From Acidobacteriota bacterium (GTDB lineage: Bacteria; Acidobacteriota; UBA6911; RPQK01; JADFOI01), in NCBI GenBank assembly GCA_963663035.1, contig OY760074.1, positions 3,258,967 through 3,322,966 on the forward strand: a stretch of 64,000 nt of DNA. The letters run 5' to 3'. The notes beneath the pieces were generated by a model, which was given only the letters and a program-made list of their open reading frames with translations, was not told where the DNA came from and did not search any database. Of the stretch, positions 9,225 through 18,806 are shown in pieces. Position 1 is the stretch's first letter. Each line of letters opens with the position of its first letter. A program made the position numbers and the translations under genes.

Positions 9225-10472
9225 CTATAGCATTCCTTTGAAGCGCTTCGGATCTACCCTGTAATCCGGGAAAATGGCGTCTGCATCTGAAGATCCAAGG
9301 TGCCGGACCAGCACTTCTGCAAACACATCCCGAAAATCTGTGGTGAGAGCCAGATCCCGACCCTGGTAAAGTTGTTCAGGTGCAAGACCTGGCCACTGCC
9401 CGTAGACCTTTCCACCCTTGATATCTCCACCCAGGAGAAACATCACGTTGGCGTGGCCATGATCGGTACCGGCGTTCCCGTTCTCGCGAGCCGTTCGTCC
9501 AAATTCCGACATGGTGAGAACCAGCACGTCTTCCATGCGATCCCCCAGATCCCGATAGAGGGCCGCCAGACCTTGTCCGAACTCTCTCAGCCGGTTGCTC
9601 AGCTGACCGTTGACTCCCCCCTCATTGATATGGTGATCCCACCCACCGATATCCAGGAACGCTACCTCTAACCCGATGTTGGCCTTGATCAATTGGGCGA
9701 TCTGCCCGAGATTTCGGCCGAAGCGACCTTGCGGATACTCCACTCCCGCCTCAGGGCGATACTGGCCGGGGTTGGCTTTCTTGAGAAAATCAATCGCTTG
9801 GAACATTTCCTGAGCTGTGCCCGATAACAGAGAGTCTGTCTCCTGGTCGTAAAGGGTCTCGTAGGCGGTACGGGCCTGTTGTTGGAGCGCTCCCGCTCTC
9901 AGGTCAAAAGAATCGATGTTCCCCAAGGCGATAGCCGGGGTCTCACCTTTGAGGGAGCGAGGCAGGCTCGTTCCCATGGCAACCCCTCGAAAGGAGGTGG
10001 CTTCTGGATCCGGATTGTGCTCCAGATAACGACTCAACCATCCGTCGGAAATACTCTTGGTCCCGGGAGCGGCCGACTCCATAAAGTCTTGAGCATCGAA
10101 GTGAGAACGCGTGGAATCGGGAGAGCCTGCTGCATGTACGATCGCCATTTGCCCCTCTTGGTAAAGACGGTGAAGAGGCTTCAGCGAGGGATGGAGTCCG
10201 AAAAAGCCGTTCAGGTCGACCGCAGACTCCTGCCCTGAGGTGGGAGCTGGGATGGCAATGGTGGGACGACTCGCGTAGTAGGCCTGCTCCCCAAAGGGCA
10301 CGACGGTATTGAGACCGTCAGCTCCGCCTCGTTGAAAGACGGCGATGAGAACCTTTCTTCGCCGAGTGTCCGCGGGGACCGCCTGCACGGTGCGAAGCAC
10401 GAAACTGGGCACTGTTCCCATTCCTACAAGGGCAATCCCGCCGTTTTTGAGAAGGATGCGTCGGGTAATCAT
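9225..10472 (-). CDS. DUF1501 family protein (Tat-signal, sulfatase-like fold)
   Basis: Tat-like N-terminus MITRRILLKNGG; GGWDHH and HGHANVMFLLGGDIKGG motifs; paired with DUF1800 gene. Confidence 0.7.
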   Translation of the reverse strand: MITRRILLKNGGIALVGMGTVPSFVLRTVQAVPADTRRRKVLIAVFQRGGADGLNTVVPFGEQAYYASRPTIAIPAPTSGQESAVDLNGFFGLHPSLKPLHRLYQEGQMAIVHAAGSPDSTRSHFDAQDFMESAAPGTKSISDGWLSRYLEHNPDPEATSFRGVAMGTSLPRSLKGETPAIALGNIDSFDLRAGALQQQARTAYETLYDQETDSLLSGTAQEMFQAIDFLKKANPGQYRPEAGVEYPQGRFGRNLGQIAQLIKANIGLEVAFLDIGGWDHHINEGGVNGQLSNRLREFGQGLAALYRDLGDRMEDVLVLTMSEFGRTARENGNAGTDHGHANVMFLLGGDIKGGKVYGQWPGLAPEQLYQGRDLALTTDFRDVFAEVLVRHLGSSDADAIFPDYRVDPKRFKGML

Positions 10473-10483
10473 CAGGATGTCTC

Positions 10484-12220
10484 CTATCTCTTTTGGAATT
10501 GTGGTGAGCCCAGCATAAAAGCAGCAGCAATCACCTGCTTGGAAAAGCGAGTCTGACGCAGACCATCTCGCCGATCCTGCTCTTCTCCGGCCTGCCCGAG
10601 AAGGGTGCGGGTCTGCTCGAGTTGTTGGGTGTTGGGTTCAGGAAGCCTGAGCTGCTGGAACAGCGGCCCGGCTGATGCAAGATCTACCCGAATCTGAGGA
10701 ATCCTGTCAGCGGCTAGAACGAGGGCGAAGTTCAATCGCTGTAGCAGCGAGTTGGTATTAATCCAGGCAGAAGCCACATCCGGGTAACCAGTGGGTTCCT
10801 GGCACAGGTAGAGCGCCTCCCCCATTTCGGCCAAGACCTGCATCAGCCGACGGGCCGGGCGCATCTCAGCTTCTGTAGCGCGTAGAGAACTCACCACCAG
10901 TTCAAGAGGCTTCTTGACTTTGGCCTGATAGGCGTCGCGGGAGAAGAAGTGAGGATGAGTAAAGATTGTCCATAATACCTCTCGGATGTCTCCGCCCGTC
11001 CGCTCGAAGGTGAGACTTGCCGCATCCACCAGGTCCTCGGGAGGATCGTCGGCGACGAAGCGCCGAACCAGTTTTGTGGAAATAAAGCGAGCGGTGGAGG
11101 GATGGCGAGCCAGCATCTTGATCACCTGCTCACCCTCTTGAACTCCACCGGATCGAATAGTCTGCCCCAGCACCACTTTGTCGCCCTCTTCGTGCAGAAG
11201 AGGTTGGAACTGAAAGGGGCCTCCCTGTCGGGGAGCCGTAATGGTCCAGCCCGTTAAAGCCCTGGCCACCTGGATGACATCCTCCTGGCTGTATCCTCCC
11301 TCGACACCGAGAGTGTGAAGCTCCATTAGCTCTCGGGCATAGTTCTCATTGAGGCCCTTGGCACGCTGTAAATTCCTCAGGATTGCCCGGTCTGCCGGCT
11401 GGCGGGTACTCTGCTGGCGCCGCCTGCGAGAGCGCGGTGCCAGACGACTTCTTAAAGTGGCGACGCGTTCTTCCATGACCTGGGCAGGTGCAGAACTGAT
11501 CCAGTTGTCCAGGTAAAAAAGCATGGCCGGGCTCTTGGCGGTTGCCATCAGGAGATCTTCGAATTTTCCCAGGACCAGGGGACGCACGACGCTTTGCTCG
11601 AAATCGGTCGTGTACACTCGATCCTGACCCTTGGACAGGAAGATATTGAAGTGGTTCATCCAGAAGTCAGCCATCACTTCCTGAAGCTGGCGCTCACTGT
11701 AAAGAGCCCGGAGCAGCTTGGCCTGGGTGAGCTCGAACCGAATCTGCTGCATACCCTCTCGCATCTGTCGGCGAGCCGCTTGCATTTCCTCGGTGACCTC
11801 AGGGACTGAATCGGATCCAGACATCTGCTCTGGGTCGTTCTGTCTTTCCGCCTGGAGGGTCTGCATTTGGCGTCTCAGCTCATTGGTACCGGAAGAGAGT
11901 TCGGCCAGCTCTGGCGGGGTCATGGTCAAGGTCTTGAAACCGGCCAGTTTTTCCTCCACGACGGTCTCGGGAATGAGCTGGGGACGAAGCTGCTGCTCGA
12001 TATAGGCTTGAATCCCCATGGCCGCGACTCGTTCGATATCTCCCGGTCGAGGTCCAAAGCTCAAGCGATTCAGTACGTGGATGATTTTCTCCTCTTCTGT
12101 CAGTGTCATCTCCTCAGGGCCGGCCCAGGAAAAGACAGACGCTCCAGGAGCAATCAATAAAGAGCAAAGCACCAAAGCCAAAATGGACTGTCCTGTTCTT
12201 GCTGAAGCCAAACTCTCCAT
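10484..12220 (-). CDS. DUF1800 family protein (partner of DUF1501)
   Basis: Signal peptide MESLASARTGQSILALVLCSLLIAPGA with GGAG RBS; ORF-track N-terminal extension (to 12346) runs into repeat B and is rejected. Confidence 0.65.
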   Translation of the reverse strand: MESLASARTGQSILALVLCSLLIAPGASVFSWAGPEEMTLTEEEKIIHVLNRLSFGPRPGDIERVAAMGIQAYIEQQLRPQLIPETVVEEKLAGFKTLTMTPPELAELSSGTNELRRQMQTLQAERQNDPEQMSGSDSVPEVTEEMQAARRQMREGMQQIRFELTQAKLLRALYSERQLQEVMADFWMNHFNIFLSKGQDRVYTTDFEQSVVRPLVLGKFEDLLMATAKSPAMLFYLDNWISSAPAQVMEERVATLRSRLAPRSRRRRQQSTRQPADRAILRNLQRAKGLNENYARELMELHTLGVEGGYSQEDVIQVARALTGWTITAPRQGGPFQFQPLLHEEGDKVVLGQTIRSGGVQEGEQVIKMLARHPSTARFISTKLVRRFVADDPPEDLVDAASLTFERTGGDIREVLWTIFTHPHFFSRDAYQAKVKKPLELVVSSLRATEAEMRPARRLMQVLAEMGEALYLCQEPTGYPDVASAWINTNSLLQRLNFALVLAADRIPQIRVDLASAGPLFQQLRLPEPNTQQLEQTRTLLGQAGEEQDRRDGLRQTRFSKQVIAAAFMLGSPQFQKR

Positions 12221-12234
12221 GGTGATCTCCTGAC

Positions 12235-12415
12235 TAGCCCGCATTATGCATAGGTTTACGTAGCAAAGTGGCGAAAGCGCCGCGATGACAAGGCGTGCTA
12301 CGAAGCGCCCCGCAGGCGTACTCTTGCAGTACGCCGAGGAGCGCAAGGAAGCACAACGCCGTCAGCGCGGATGATTGCGACACTATTGCAGAAAATTTAT
12401 GCATAATGTGGGCTA
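12235..12415 (-). repeat. family-1 MITE-like repeat, copy B (short variant, reverse orientation)
   Basis: TA-GCCCGCATTATGCATA ... TATGCATAATGTGGGC-TA; the two ends co-vary (GCAT/ATGT). Confidence 0.75.
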
Positions 12416-12536
12416 AAAAGCACTTCCTTCATCCTTGCTGCTTGTTAATACGGACCGCAACCAGAAATGTTTCTGACCGGGCCGGGTGTTCCTATCCTCC
12501 CTTCAGGTTATACTCAGTACAAAGGCTACCGTATTG

Positions 12537-13652
12537 ATGAAGCGAGGCACTGAGGCTATTTTCCTTGACGTTGGTGGGACTCTACTGGAGTTGGGAGACC
12601 CGGCCCAGGCCTACCGGGCTATCTTGGAAAGACATGGCTATCACGCCACCAAAGACCAGGTTCGCTCCTGGGTCAGACAGGCACAAGAGGAGACCGGCCC
12701 CGTCTCCAGTGGGTGCGCGTCGGACTTGTGTGGGTCTGACTTCACAATCTCCGCCAGCAAAGAGGAAGCACGGCGTCAGGACCTGATTGCCGCTATTCTC
12801 CGCAAGGCAGGCGTCAAGAAACACTTCGATAGTTGCCGGAAGGAAATCTGGGATTCATGGCTGAAAGAACCCGTTTTCCGACTCTTCCCGGAGACTATCT
12901 CCACTTTGAAGCAACTCAAAGAATCCGGATTTCTCCTGGGGGCGGTCTCCAATTGGGAACCGAGACTGCTCGAGTTGTGTGAGAACCTGGGAATTGGCCG
13001 ATATTTCGACTTCATGTTGATTTCCGAGACTCAAGGATACGCCAAACCGGGCATTCGACTCTTTGAGCTGGCATTGGAACGAGCCGCAACCCGGCCGGAG
13101 AAAGTCATACACGTGGGGAATGATGCGGTAGAAGACATCCAGCCTGCGGAGTCGCTGGGTATTCGTGCAGTCCTCCTCCAGCGAAATGGCTCCAAGGGAA
13201 TGGAACATTCGCCGCGGATTCCCTCGCTGAAAGAGGTGCTGCCTCTTGCCCGGGCCTCGGCCTGGATTCGTGGGAGGGTGGTGAGTGGTAAGGGTGAGGC
13301 AGCTGGCTTCACCGGGCTACCATGGGTCCGGGAACAGGTGGCAAGGGGCTTCAACTTTAAGCCATTTCCCGGGACTCTCAATCTGCGGCTGGAAAGGGCG
13401 CAGGACCTGGCAATGTGGAAGGAGCTCCGCAGCCAGCCCGGTCAGTTTCTGGAACCGGAGAAGGGTTATTGTGCCGCGAAGTGTTTTCCAGTCAGCGTGG
13501 AAGGACAGGTTTCGGGTGCCATTGTGCTTCCGGCAGTTCCCTCCTATCCGAGCAACGTGGTTGAGTTATTGGCCCCTGTTAACCTCCGCGAGGCGCTGGG
13601 ACTGGGCGACGGTGGGGCGGTCACGATTGCCCTTGTCCCGCCTGCGACGTGA
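12537..13652 (+). CDS. HAD-family hydrolase fused to archaeal-type CTP-dependent riboflavin kinase-like domain
   Basis: N-terminal FLDVGGTLL (HAD motif I), GNDAVEDI (motif IV); C-terminal RGRVVSGKGEAAGF...GFNFKPFPGTLNLRL resembles the MJ0056-type RibK domain. Confidence 0.6.
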   Translation: MKRGTEAIFLDVGGTLLELGDPAQAYRAILERHGYHATKDQVRSWVRQAQEETGPVSSGCASDLCGSDFTISASKEEARRQDLIAAILRKAGVKKHFDSCRKEIWDSWLKEPVFRLFPETISTLKQLKESGFLLGAVSNWEPRLLELCENLGIGRYFDFMLISETQGYAKPGIRLFELALERAATRPEKVIHVGNDAVEDIQPAESLGIRAVLLQRNGSKGMEHSPRIPSLKEVLPLARASAWIRGRVVSGKGEAAGFTGLPWVREQVARGFNFKPFPGTLNLRLERAQDLAMWKELRSQPGQFLEPEKGYCAAKCFPVSVEGQVSGAIVLPAVPSYPSNVVELLAPVNLREALGLGDGGAVTIALVPPAT

Positions 13653-13753
13653 GAGGGGGCCGCGAGGTAAACAGGAATTGAAAACGCACTTTTCTCGAAA
13701 AGTTTTCGTTCAAGAGCAGGGCGCGAGCAACATCGGTTGCCTTCTCACTATTA

Positions 13754-14091
13754 TGGTGCTGATCATCCTCGGGTACGGGGGGTACAAATTTGGCCCGCCA
13801 CTTGTAGACGATTTCCAGCTCAGGAATGCAGTGAGCCAAATTGCCCAATACAGCGCGGCTGGAGTCCTATCTGAAACCACATATGCTTCCGGCGGGCGAT
13901 CGGGATCGGTTGAGGAGATTGAGCAGGCAGTTGTGGCAGAGGCCAGGGAGCTGAGAATACCATTGCTCCTGGAGAACGTCAGCGTGCAGAAAGGAGCAGA
14001 TACCGTTTTCATTACAGTGGAATACACGGTGCCCATCTACGTGCTGGGTCGAATAGTTAATTGGCAGTTCAGATTCACCGGACAGAGCTGA
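13754..14091 (+). CDS. small membrane-anchored hypothetical protein
   Basis: MVLIILGYGGYKFGPP TM helix; start placed after the upstream stop (ORF-track 13285 start overlaps the HAD gene). Confidence 0.4.
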
Positions 14092-14105
14092 TACCGACCG
14101 GGATG

Positions 14106-15188
14106 AGAATTCATGAATTGGAAACCCCCGCCTTAGTCGTCGATCTGGACAGGATGGAAAGAAACCTGCAAGGCATGGCCGGTTATTGCCAGCAGCACGG
14201 CCTCAATCTTCGACCCCACGCCAAAACCCATAAAATCCCTGAGCTCGCCAAGAAGCAGATTGAGTTAGGAGCCTGTGGAATCACGGTCGCCAAAGTTGGT
14301 GAAGCGGAGGTCATGACTCAAGAAGGCCTGGATGATCTCATGCTGGCTTATCCTCTCTTCGGAGCTGCCAAAGCTCTTCGTCTGGGTGTTCTTCTGGAAA
14401 GAGCCCGCATCACGGTCGCTCTTGACTCTGAAGAATCCCTGAGCTGGGTTGCTCAGGCCGCCAGCGGGAAATCGATCGATGTTTTAGTGGAGATCGATTT
14501 GGGCATGAGGCGCTGCGGGGTGAGGCCAGGAACAGATGCAGTGGAACTGGCGCGGTTGATCGATTCTACAGCCGGGCTCCGCTTTCAGGGGCTCATGTTT
14601 TACCCCGGGCATATCCGCCCCGATTGGAATGGCAGTACTCGAGAATTGGAGCAGTTAAACCTGGATCTCCAGCGCCAGTTGGAGCTCTTTGAAAAGGAAA
14701 AGATCCCCGTTCGACGGGTCAGTGGTGGGAGCACTCCCTCAGCCTTTCACTCACATCGCATAGAGGGTCTGACCGAGATCCGGCCGGGCACCTATATCTT
14801 TAACGACCGCAACAGCATTGAATGGAAGACCTGCAGCAGTGAAGATTGTGCGGCCTCTCTACTGACTACGGTGGTCAGTACGGCAGTTCCCGGCCAGGCT
14901 ATCATTGACGCGGGCTCGAAGACCTTCTCCAGTGACCCGCTCAGACCCGGAGAAAAAAGAGGTTACGGTCTGGTGAAGGACTGTCCGGAGGTCCAGTTCT
15001 TGAGCATGAATGAAGAACATGGTTATTTAAAGGTTCCAGCTGAGGTCAAACTGGAGGTTGGTCAGGCTCTCGAAATCATCCCCAATCATATCTGCGCTAC
15101 TGTCAATATGCATGATGTCATCTTCGGCTATCGGGGTGAGGAAGTTGTGGAATCGTGGATCGTCAAAGCACGTGGGAAGATCCGTTAA
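14106..15188 (+). CDS. D-serine deaminase / D-threonine aldolase-like PLP enzyme (alanine racemase N-domain, DSD1 family)
   Basis: LVVDLDRMERNL...RPHAKTHK (PLP lysine) ...GITVAKVGEAE. Confidence 0.7.
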   Translation, partial: RIHELETPALVVDLDRMERNLQGMAGYCQQHGLNLRPHAKTHKIPELAKKQIELGACGITVAKVGEAEVMTQEGLDDLMLAYPLFGAAKALRLGVLLERARITVALDSEESLSWVAQAASGKSIDVLVEIDLGMRRCGVRPGTDAVELARLIDSTAGLRFQGLMFYPGHIRPDWNGSTRELEQLNLDLQRQLELFEKEKIPVRRVSGGSTPSAFHSHRIEGLTEIRPGTYIFNDRNSIEWKTCSSEDCAASLLTTVVSTAVPGQAIIDAGSKTFSSDPLRPGEKRGYGLVKDCPEVQFLSMNEEHGYLKVPAEVKLEVGQALEIIPNHICATVNMHDVIFGYRGEEVVESWIVKARGKIR

Positions 15189-15194
15189 TGGGTC

Positions 15195-15407
15195 TAGCCG
15201 GGATTATGAATAAGTTTCCTACTGCAGTGCCGCAATCATCCACGCTGACTGCGTTATGCGACCCGCAAAGCGGGTACCCCTTGGGCTCCTCGGCGTACTG
15301 CATGAGTACGCCTGCGGGGCCCGACCCGCAAGCGGGTGCCCTCGCATGCCTTGTCATCGCGGCGCCAGCGGCACTTCGTCACGAAAACCTATGCATGATC
15401 CCGGCTA
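15195..15407 (+). repeat. family-1 MITE-like repeat, copy C
   Basis: TA-GCCGGGATTATGAATA ... TATGCATGATCCCGGC-TA (CCGGG/CCCGG compensatory swap versus copy A). Confidence 0.75.
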
Positions 15408-15527
15408 AGCATCTTTCCTGGTTGCTATTTTTCCTTTTATTGGAGACCATTGGTTTGATGTTTCTGCCAGGTATCCGCCCGCTTTTTTGTGTGCCCGATT
15501 CACCCTTCCACCGTTGAGGAGAGCAAG

Positions 15528-15980
15528 ATGCGCATTTCCGTTGGGGCTGATCATGCAGGGTTTCCCTTGAAGGACCTAGTTCTTGAGTTGCTCGAAAAGG
15601 AGGGACATTCGGTTGTGGATCTTGGGACGCACAGCACCCAGTCGGTGGATTACCCGGACTATGCACAGGCCGTGGGCGAGTCAGTGGTCAAGGGAGAGAC
15701 CCAGCTTGGAATTCTTCTCTGTGGTAGTGGTGTGGGGACTAGCATTGCGGCCAACAAGGTGCCGGGTATTCGGGCTGCCCTCTGTCACGATGTGTTCTCT
15801 GCCCGCCAGAGCCGTGAGGATGATGACGCCAATGTTCTCTGTCTGGGCCCCCGGGTGATCGGCCCGGCGCTGGCCGAGGATTTGATTCTTGCTTTTCTGG
15901 CAGCTCGTTTTTCCAAGGCTGAACGGCATGTGCGCCGGCTGGAGAAGGTTGCAGAATTGGAGAAACGACCCAAGGGGTGA
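15528..15980 (+). CDS. rpiB: ribose-5-phosphate isomerase B
   Basis: MRISVGADHAGF...LLCGSGVGTSIAANK...ALCHD; RBS GAGGAG upstream. Confidence 0.85.
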   Translation: MRISVGADHAGFPLKDLVLELLEKEGHSVVDLGTHSTQSVDYPDYAQAVGESVVKGETQLGILLCGSGVGTSIAANKVPGIRAALCHDVFSARQSREDDDANVLCLGPRVIGPALAEDLILAFLAARFSKAERHVRRLEKVAELEKRPKG

Positions 15981-16009
15981 GGGTCTTCGGTTGCTAGTCA
16001 AGAGAAGCC

Positions 16010-16762
16010 ATGAGCTATCAGGGTAAAGAGTTAGAGGTCTGTCGTGACGCTGAGGACCTGTACCAGAAGGCAGCCGAGCGGTTTGTTCGGCTCGCTGGAG
16101 AGGCCGTCTCAGCCACCGGTAGATTCACGGTGGCGCTCTCAGGAGGCACCACTCCACAGGCACTTTATTCCCTGTTGGCCAGCGACCAGTTTCAACCGTT
16201 GATGGCATGGTCAAAGATACACCTCTTCTTCGGCGATGAGCGTTGCGTGCCTCCCGATCATCCCGACAGCACTTTTGGCATGGTACGAGTGTCTCTGCTG
16301 GCTCCGGTTCCTATCCCCTGGGAGAACGTTTACCCGATTCAGACCGAGAAAGGGGATGCCCCGAGCGTGGCCGCTGAGTATGAGAAGACGCTAAAAGGCT
16401 TCTTTGGTCTGAGTGAGGGCCAAAAACCTCGCTTTGATCTGATCTTGCTGGGCATGGGAACGGATGGACATACGGCTTCTCTTTTTCCAGGGACCACCGC
16501 TCTCGAGAAAACTGCGGGGCTGGTTACCGCAACTTACGTGCAGAGGTTGCAATCCCATCGCATCTCACTCACCGCTTCCGCCATTAACCAGGCAGCCAAT
16601 ATCATCTTCTTGATCTCAGGACAGTCCAAGGCCTCAGTTTTGAAAGAGGTGCTTGAGGGTCAGGACCAGCCGATGCGCTTGCCCGCGCAGCGCATTGCGC
16701 CAGTGGAAGGCAAGCTCCTTTTCATGGTAGATCAGGCTGCCGGAAGCAAACTGGAGAACTAG
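16010..16762 (+). CDS. pgl: 6-phosphogluconolactonase
   Basis: TVALSGGTTPQ...HLFFGDERCVPPDHPDS...LLGMGTDGHTASLFP. Confidence 0.85.
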   Translation: MSYQGKELEVCRDAEDLYQKAAERFVRLAGEAVSATGRFTVALSGGTTPQALYSLLASDQFQPLMAWSKIHLFFGDERCVPPDHPDSTFGMVRVSLLAPVPIPWENVYPIQTEKGDAPSVAAEYEKTLKGFFGLSEGQKPRFDLILLGMGTDGHTASLFPGTTALEKTAGLVTATYVQRLQSHRISLTASAINQAANIIFLISGQSKASVLKEVLEGQDQPMRLPAQRIAPVEGKLLFMVDQAAGSKLEN

Positions 16763-16776
16763 CCGGGAGACGAGAT

Positions 16777-18120
16777 ATGCCTGTCAGTGGCAAGGAGCTG
16801 AGCCAACTCAACGACCAGCTGTCGCACCATATGCAGATCATTCTGAAGTGCACCTTGCCTTCAGAAAAATATGGCCGGCTGTTGCTGGCCTCTCCACCGG
16901 AATCAAGATACCCCTACATCTACCCCAGGGACACAAGCTGCGCTGTGCAGTTGCTCCGGCGGGTGGCAGGCTCTCCCCTTGGCTATGACATAGGACCTCA
17001 GGCCCTCGAGTTGATGAAGTCCACGGCCCACTTCATGAAAGACATTGCTTCTGATGGAGGCAAGTGGGGACAGCGTTACAACGCCAAGGGAGAAGATAAG
17101 AGCATCTATAAGCAGGAAGATAACGTTGCTCATGGGATTTCCATTTTGTGTAACTACCTGCTGGCGGCGCGAAGATTGCAAAAAGAGATCGATGACCTGG
17201 AAGGCTTTCTGAGTTGTATCGACAATGCTCTGAGATACAGTCTTGAGAATCTTTACCAGAAAGAACTGAATCTCTTCCGTTCCACCACTGCCATTCATGA
17301 GTCGTTGCTGGAGGAGGGTTACACCTGTTGGGTGAACTTCTCCTTTCTCTATGCGTATTCCCTGGCTGTTGAGGTCGCCAGTGAGATGGATAAGAAGGGA
17401 ATCATCTCGAGTACACATCTGAACTTTCGGAAGCATTTTCTCCATAGCATCAGTGAACTGTTTATGTCCGGCCACAGGTTTGTCCGCCGCATCAACCCAA
17501 ATGGATACATGGACATGAGACCTGATTTCACCCTGCTTTCCCCCTTCTATTACGGTTTCTCGCACTACAAGACTGAGTTGCTCAACAGTGTCCGCTTCCT
17601 GGAGAAGCAACTCTGGGATCCGGAGTTGGGTATGATTATGCGGTATCTTCCTTTCCACAAAGATTTCGCCACCCATGTCCATGCTGGAAATGGTCCCTGG
17701 CTGCAATACACGGCTGTTTTGGCCCAATTTCATTTCTGGTGTGGAGACACCCAGGAGGGTGACAAACTGCTTCAAATGATTGACCAATATAAGGGCGAAA
17801 ACGGAGAGCTGCCCGAGCATCTTTCAACCTGCAAGAGATTTGAAGAGTTCATGGAAAGAGAATGGCAAACCGGGATCGATTTCGAGAAGGAATTTCACAA
17901 GCCCATCTTGTCGGACGACTGTCAGTTTGACACCATCCTGGAAGAGGCAAACAACATGGCTCGCTCTTATGCGCAGACGGCCCAGCAATGCATGGTCCGG
18001 GATGACGCCTACTCTGAAGGGGGCTATATTCAGTTTGCCGCCCCGCTCATGTGGACACACGTTGAATACGCTCGCGCACTGATGTATCGGGCCAAGGACT
18101 GGTGGAAAGTCCCGAGTTAG
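16777..18120 (+). CDS. GH15-like (glucoamylase/trehalase-type six-hairpin) glycoside hydrolase
   Basis: YPYIYPRDTSCAVQLL resembles the GH15 catalytic-domain start; 447 aa. Confidence 0.45.
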   Translation: MPVSGKELSQLNDQLSHHMQIILKCTLPSEKYGRLLLASPPESRYPYIYPRDTSCAVQLLRRVAGSPLGYDIGPQALELMKSTAHFMKDIASDGGKWGQRYNAKGEDKSIYKQEDNVAHGISILCNYLLAARRLQKEIDDLEGFLSCIDNALRYSLENLYQKELNLFRSTTAIHESLLEEGYTCWVNFSFLYAYSLAVEVASEMDKKGIISSTHLNFRKHFLHSISELFMSGHRFVRRINPNGYMDMRPDFTLLSPFYYGFSHYKTELLNSVRFLEKQLWDPELGMIMRYLPFHKDFATHVHAGNGPWLQYTAVLAQFHFWCGDTQEGDKLLQMIDQYKGENGELPEHLSTCKRFEEFMEREWQTGIDFEKEFHKPILSDDCQFDTILEEANNMARSYAQTAQQCMVRDDAYSEGGYIQFAAPLMWTHVEYARALMYRAKDWWKVPS

Positions 18121-18518
18121 GGCGGGTGTCCAGGAAGGCCAAGCTCGTCGTTCTCCGCGCCCTTCGATCCTCGACGTAACGTAGTACTCACTTTCATAAA
18201 TACGATAACGTTTGTTGGGAGCGCGACGGAGCCCAGATCGAGGCGCGACGACGAGTCGATGTCGAGACATCGGCGAGGAGAAGCAACAAAGAGATGGGTC
18301 CGTCGCGCCCCAACCCTTCGGGCGGACGGGGGTTGCGAGCGATCTCTTTGTCTCTCGTCGTCGTCGATGTCCCTGACATCGCCTCCTCCTCCCTTCGCGA
18401 CCTCGCCTCGCAAGCCCCATCCGTAAACATTACCGTATTTATGAAAGGGAGTACGTAGACTACGTCTGCGGTCGAAGGGCTTGTGCGGTCTCGATCTTGA
18501 CCTACCTGAACACCCGCC
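18121..18518. repeat. family-2 foldback repeat, copy 2 (with ~100-bp internal palindromic insertion)
   Basis: Starts 1 nt after the GH15 stop; TIR GGCGGGTGTCCAGGAAGGCCAAG / CTTGACCTACCTGAACACCCGCC; shares >90% identity with copy 1 over the shared parts. Confidence 0.75.
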
Positions 18519-18597
18519 AACAACTCACCTGTCCGCGGCCTCGCTACATTCGTTATAATGGTTTCAGAGAAGTAATGACCTTCCCCAGAGAAACCCA

Positions 18598-18806
18598 AGC
18601 CCGTATTATGCATAAATTCTCTACTGCAGCGACGAAATCATCCGCCCTGCCCATGTTGCGCGACCCGCAAGCGGGTACCCCTCAGCTCCTCAACGTACTC
18701 AAGAGTACGTTTGCGGGGGCCGACCCGTGGCGGGTACCCCTCGCGCGCCTTGTCAGGTCGGCGCTTTCGTCGCTTCGTGACAAGAACCTATGCATAATCC
18801 GGGCTA
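18598..18806 (+). repeat. family-1 MITE-like repeat, copy D
   Basis: GCCCGTATTATGCATA ... TATGCATAATCCGGGC-TA; lacks the two distal hairpin modules present in copy A. Confidence 0.75.

Noticed and set aside
13285-13753. N-terminal 156 codons of ORF 13285-14091
   Set aside because: This part overlaps the 3' end of the HAD-RibK gene in another frame; only the portion from 13754 (TM helix start) is kept.
15407-15527. GCCCGCTTTTTTG upstream of rpiB as an intrinsic terminator
   Set aside because: No convincing GC-rich stem precedes the T-run.
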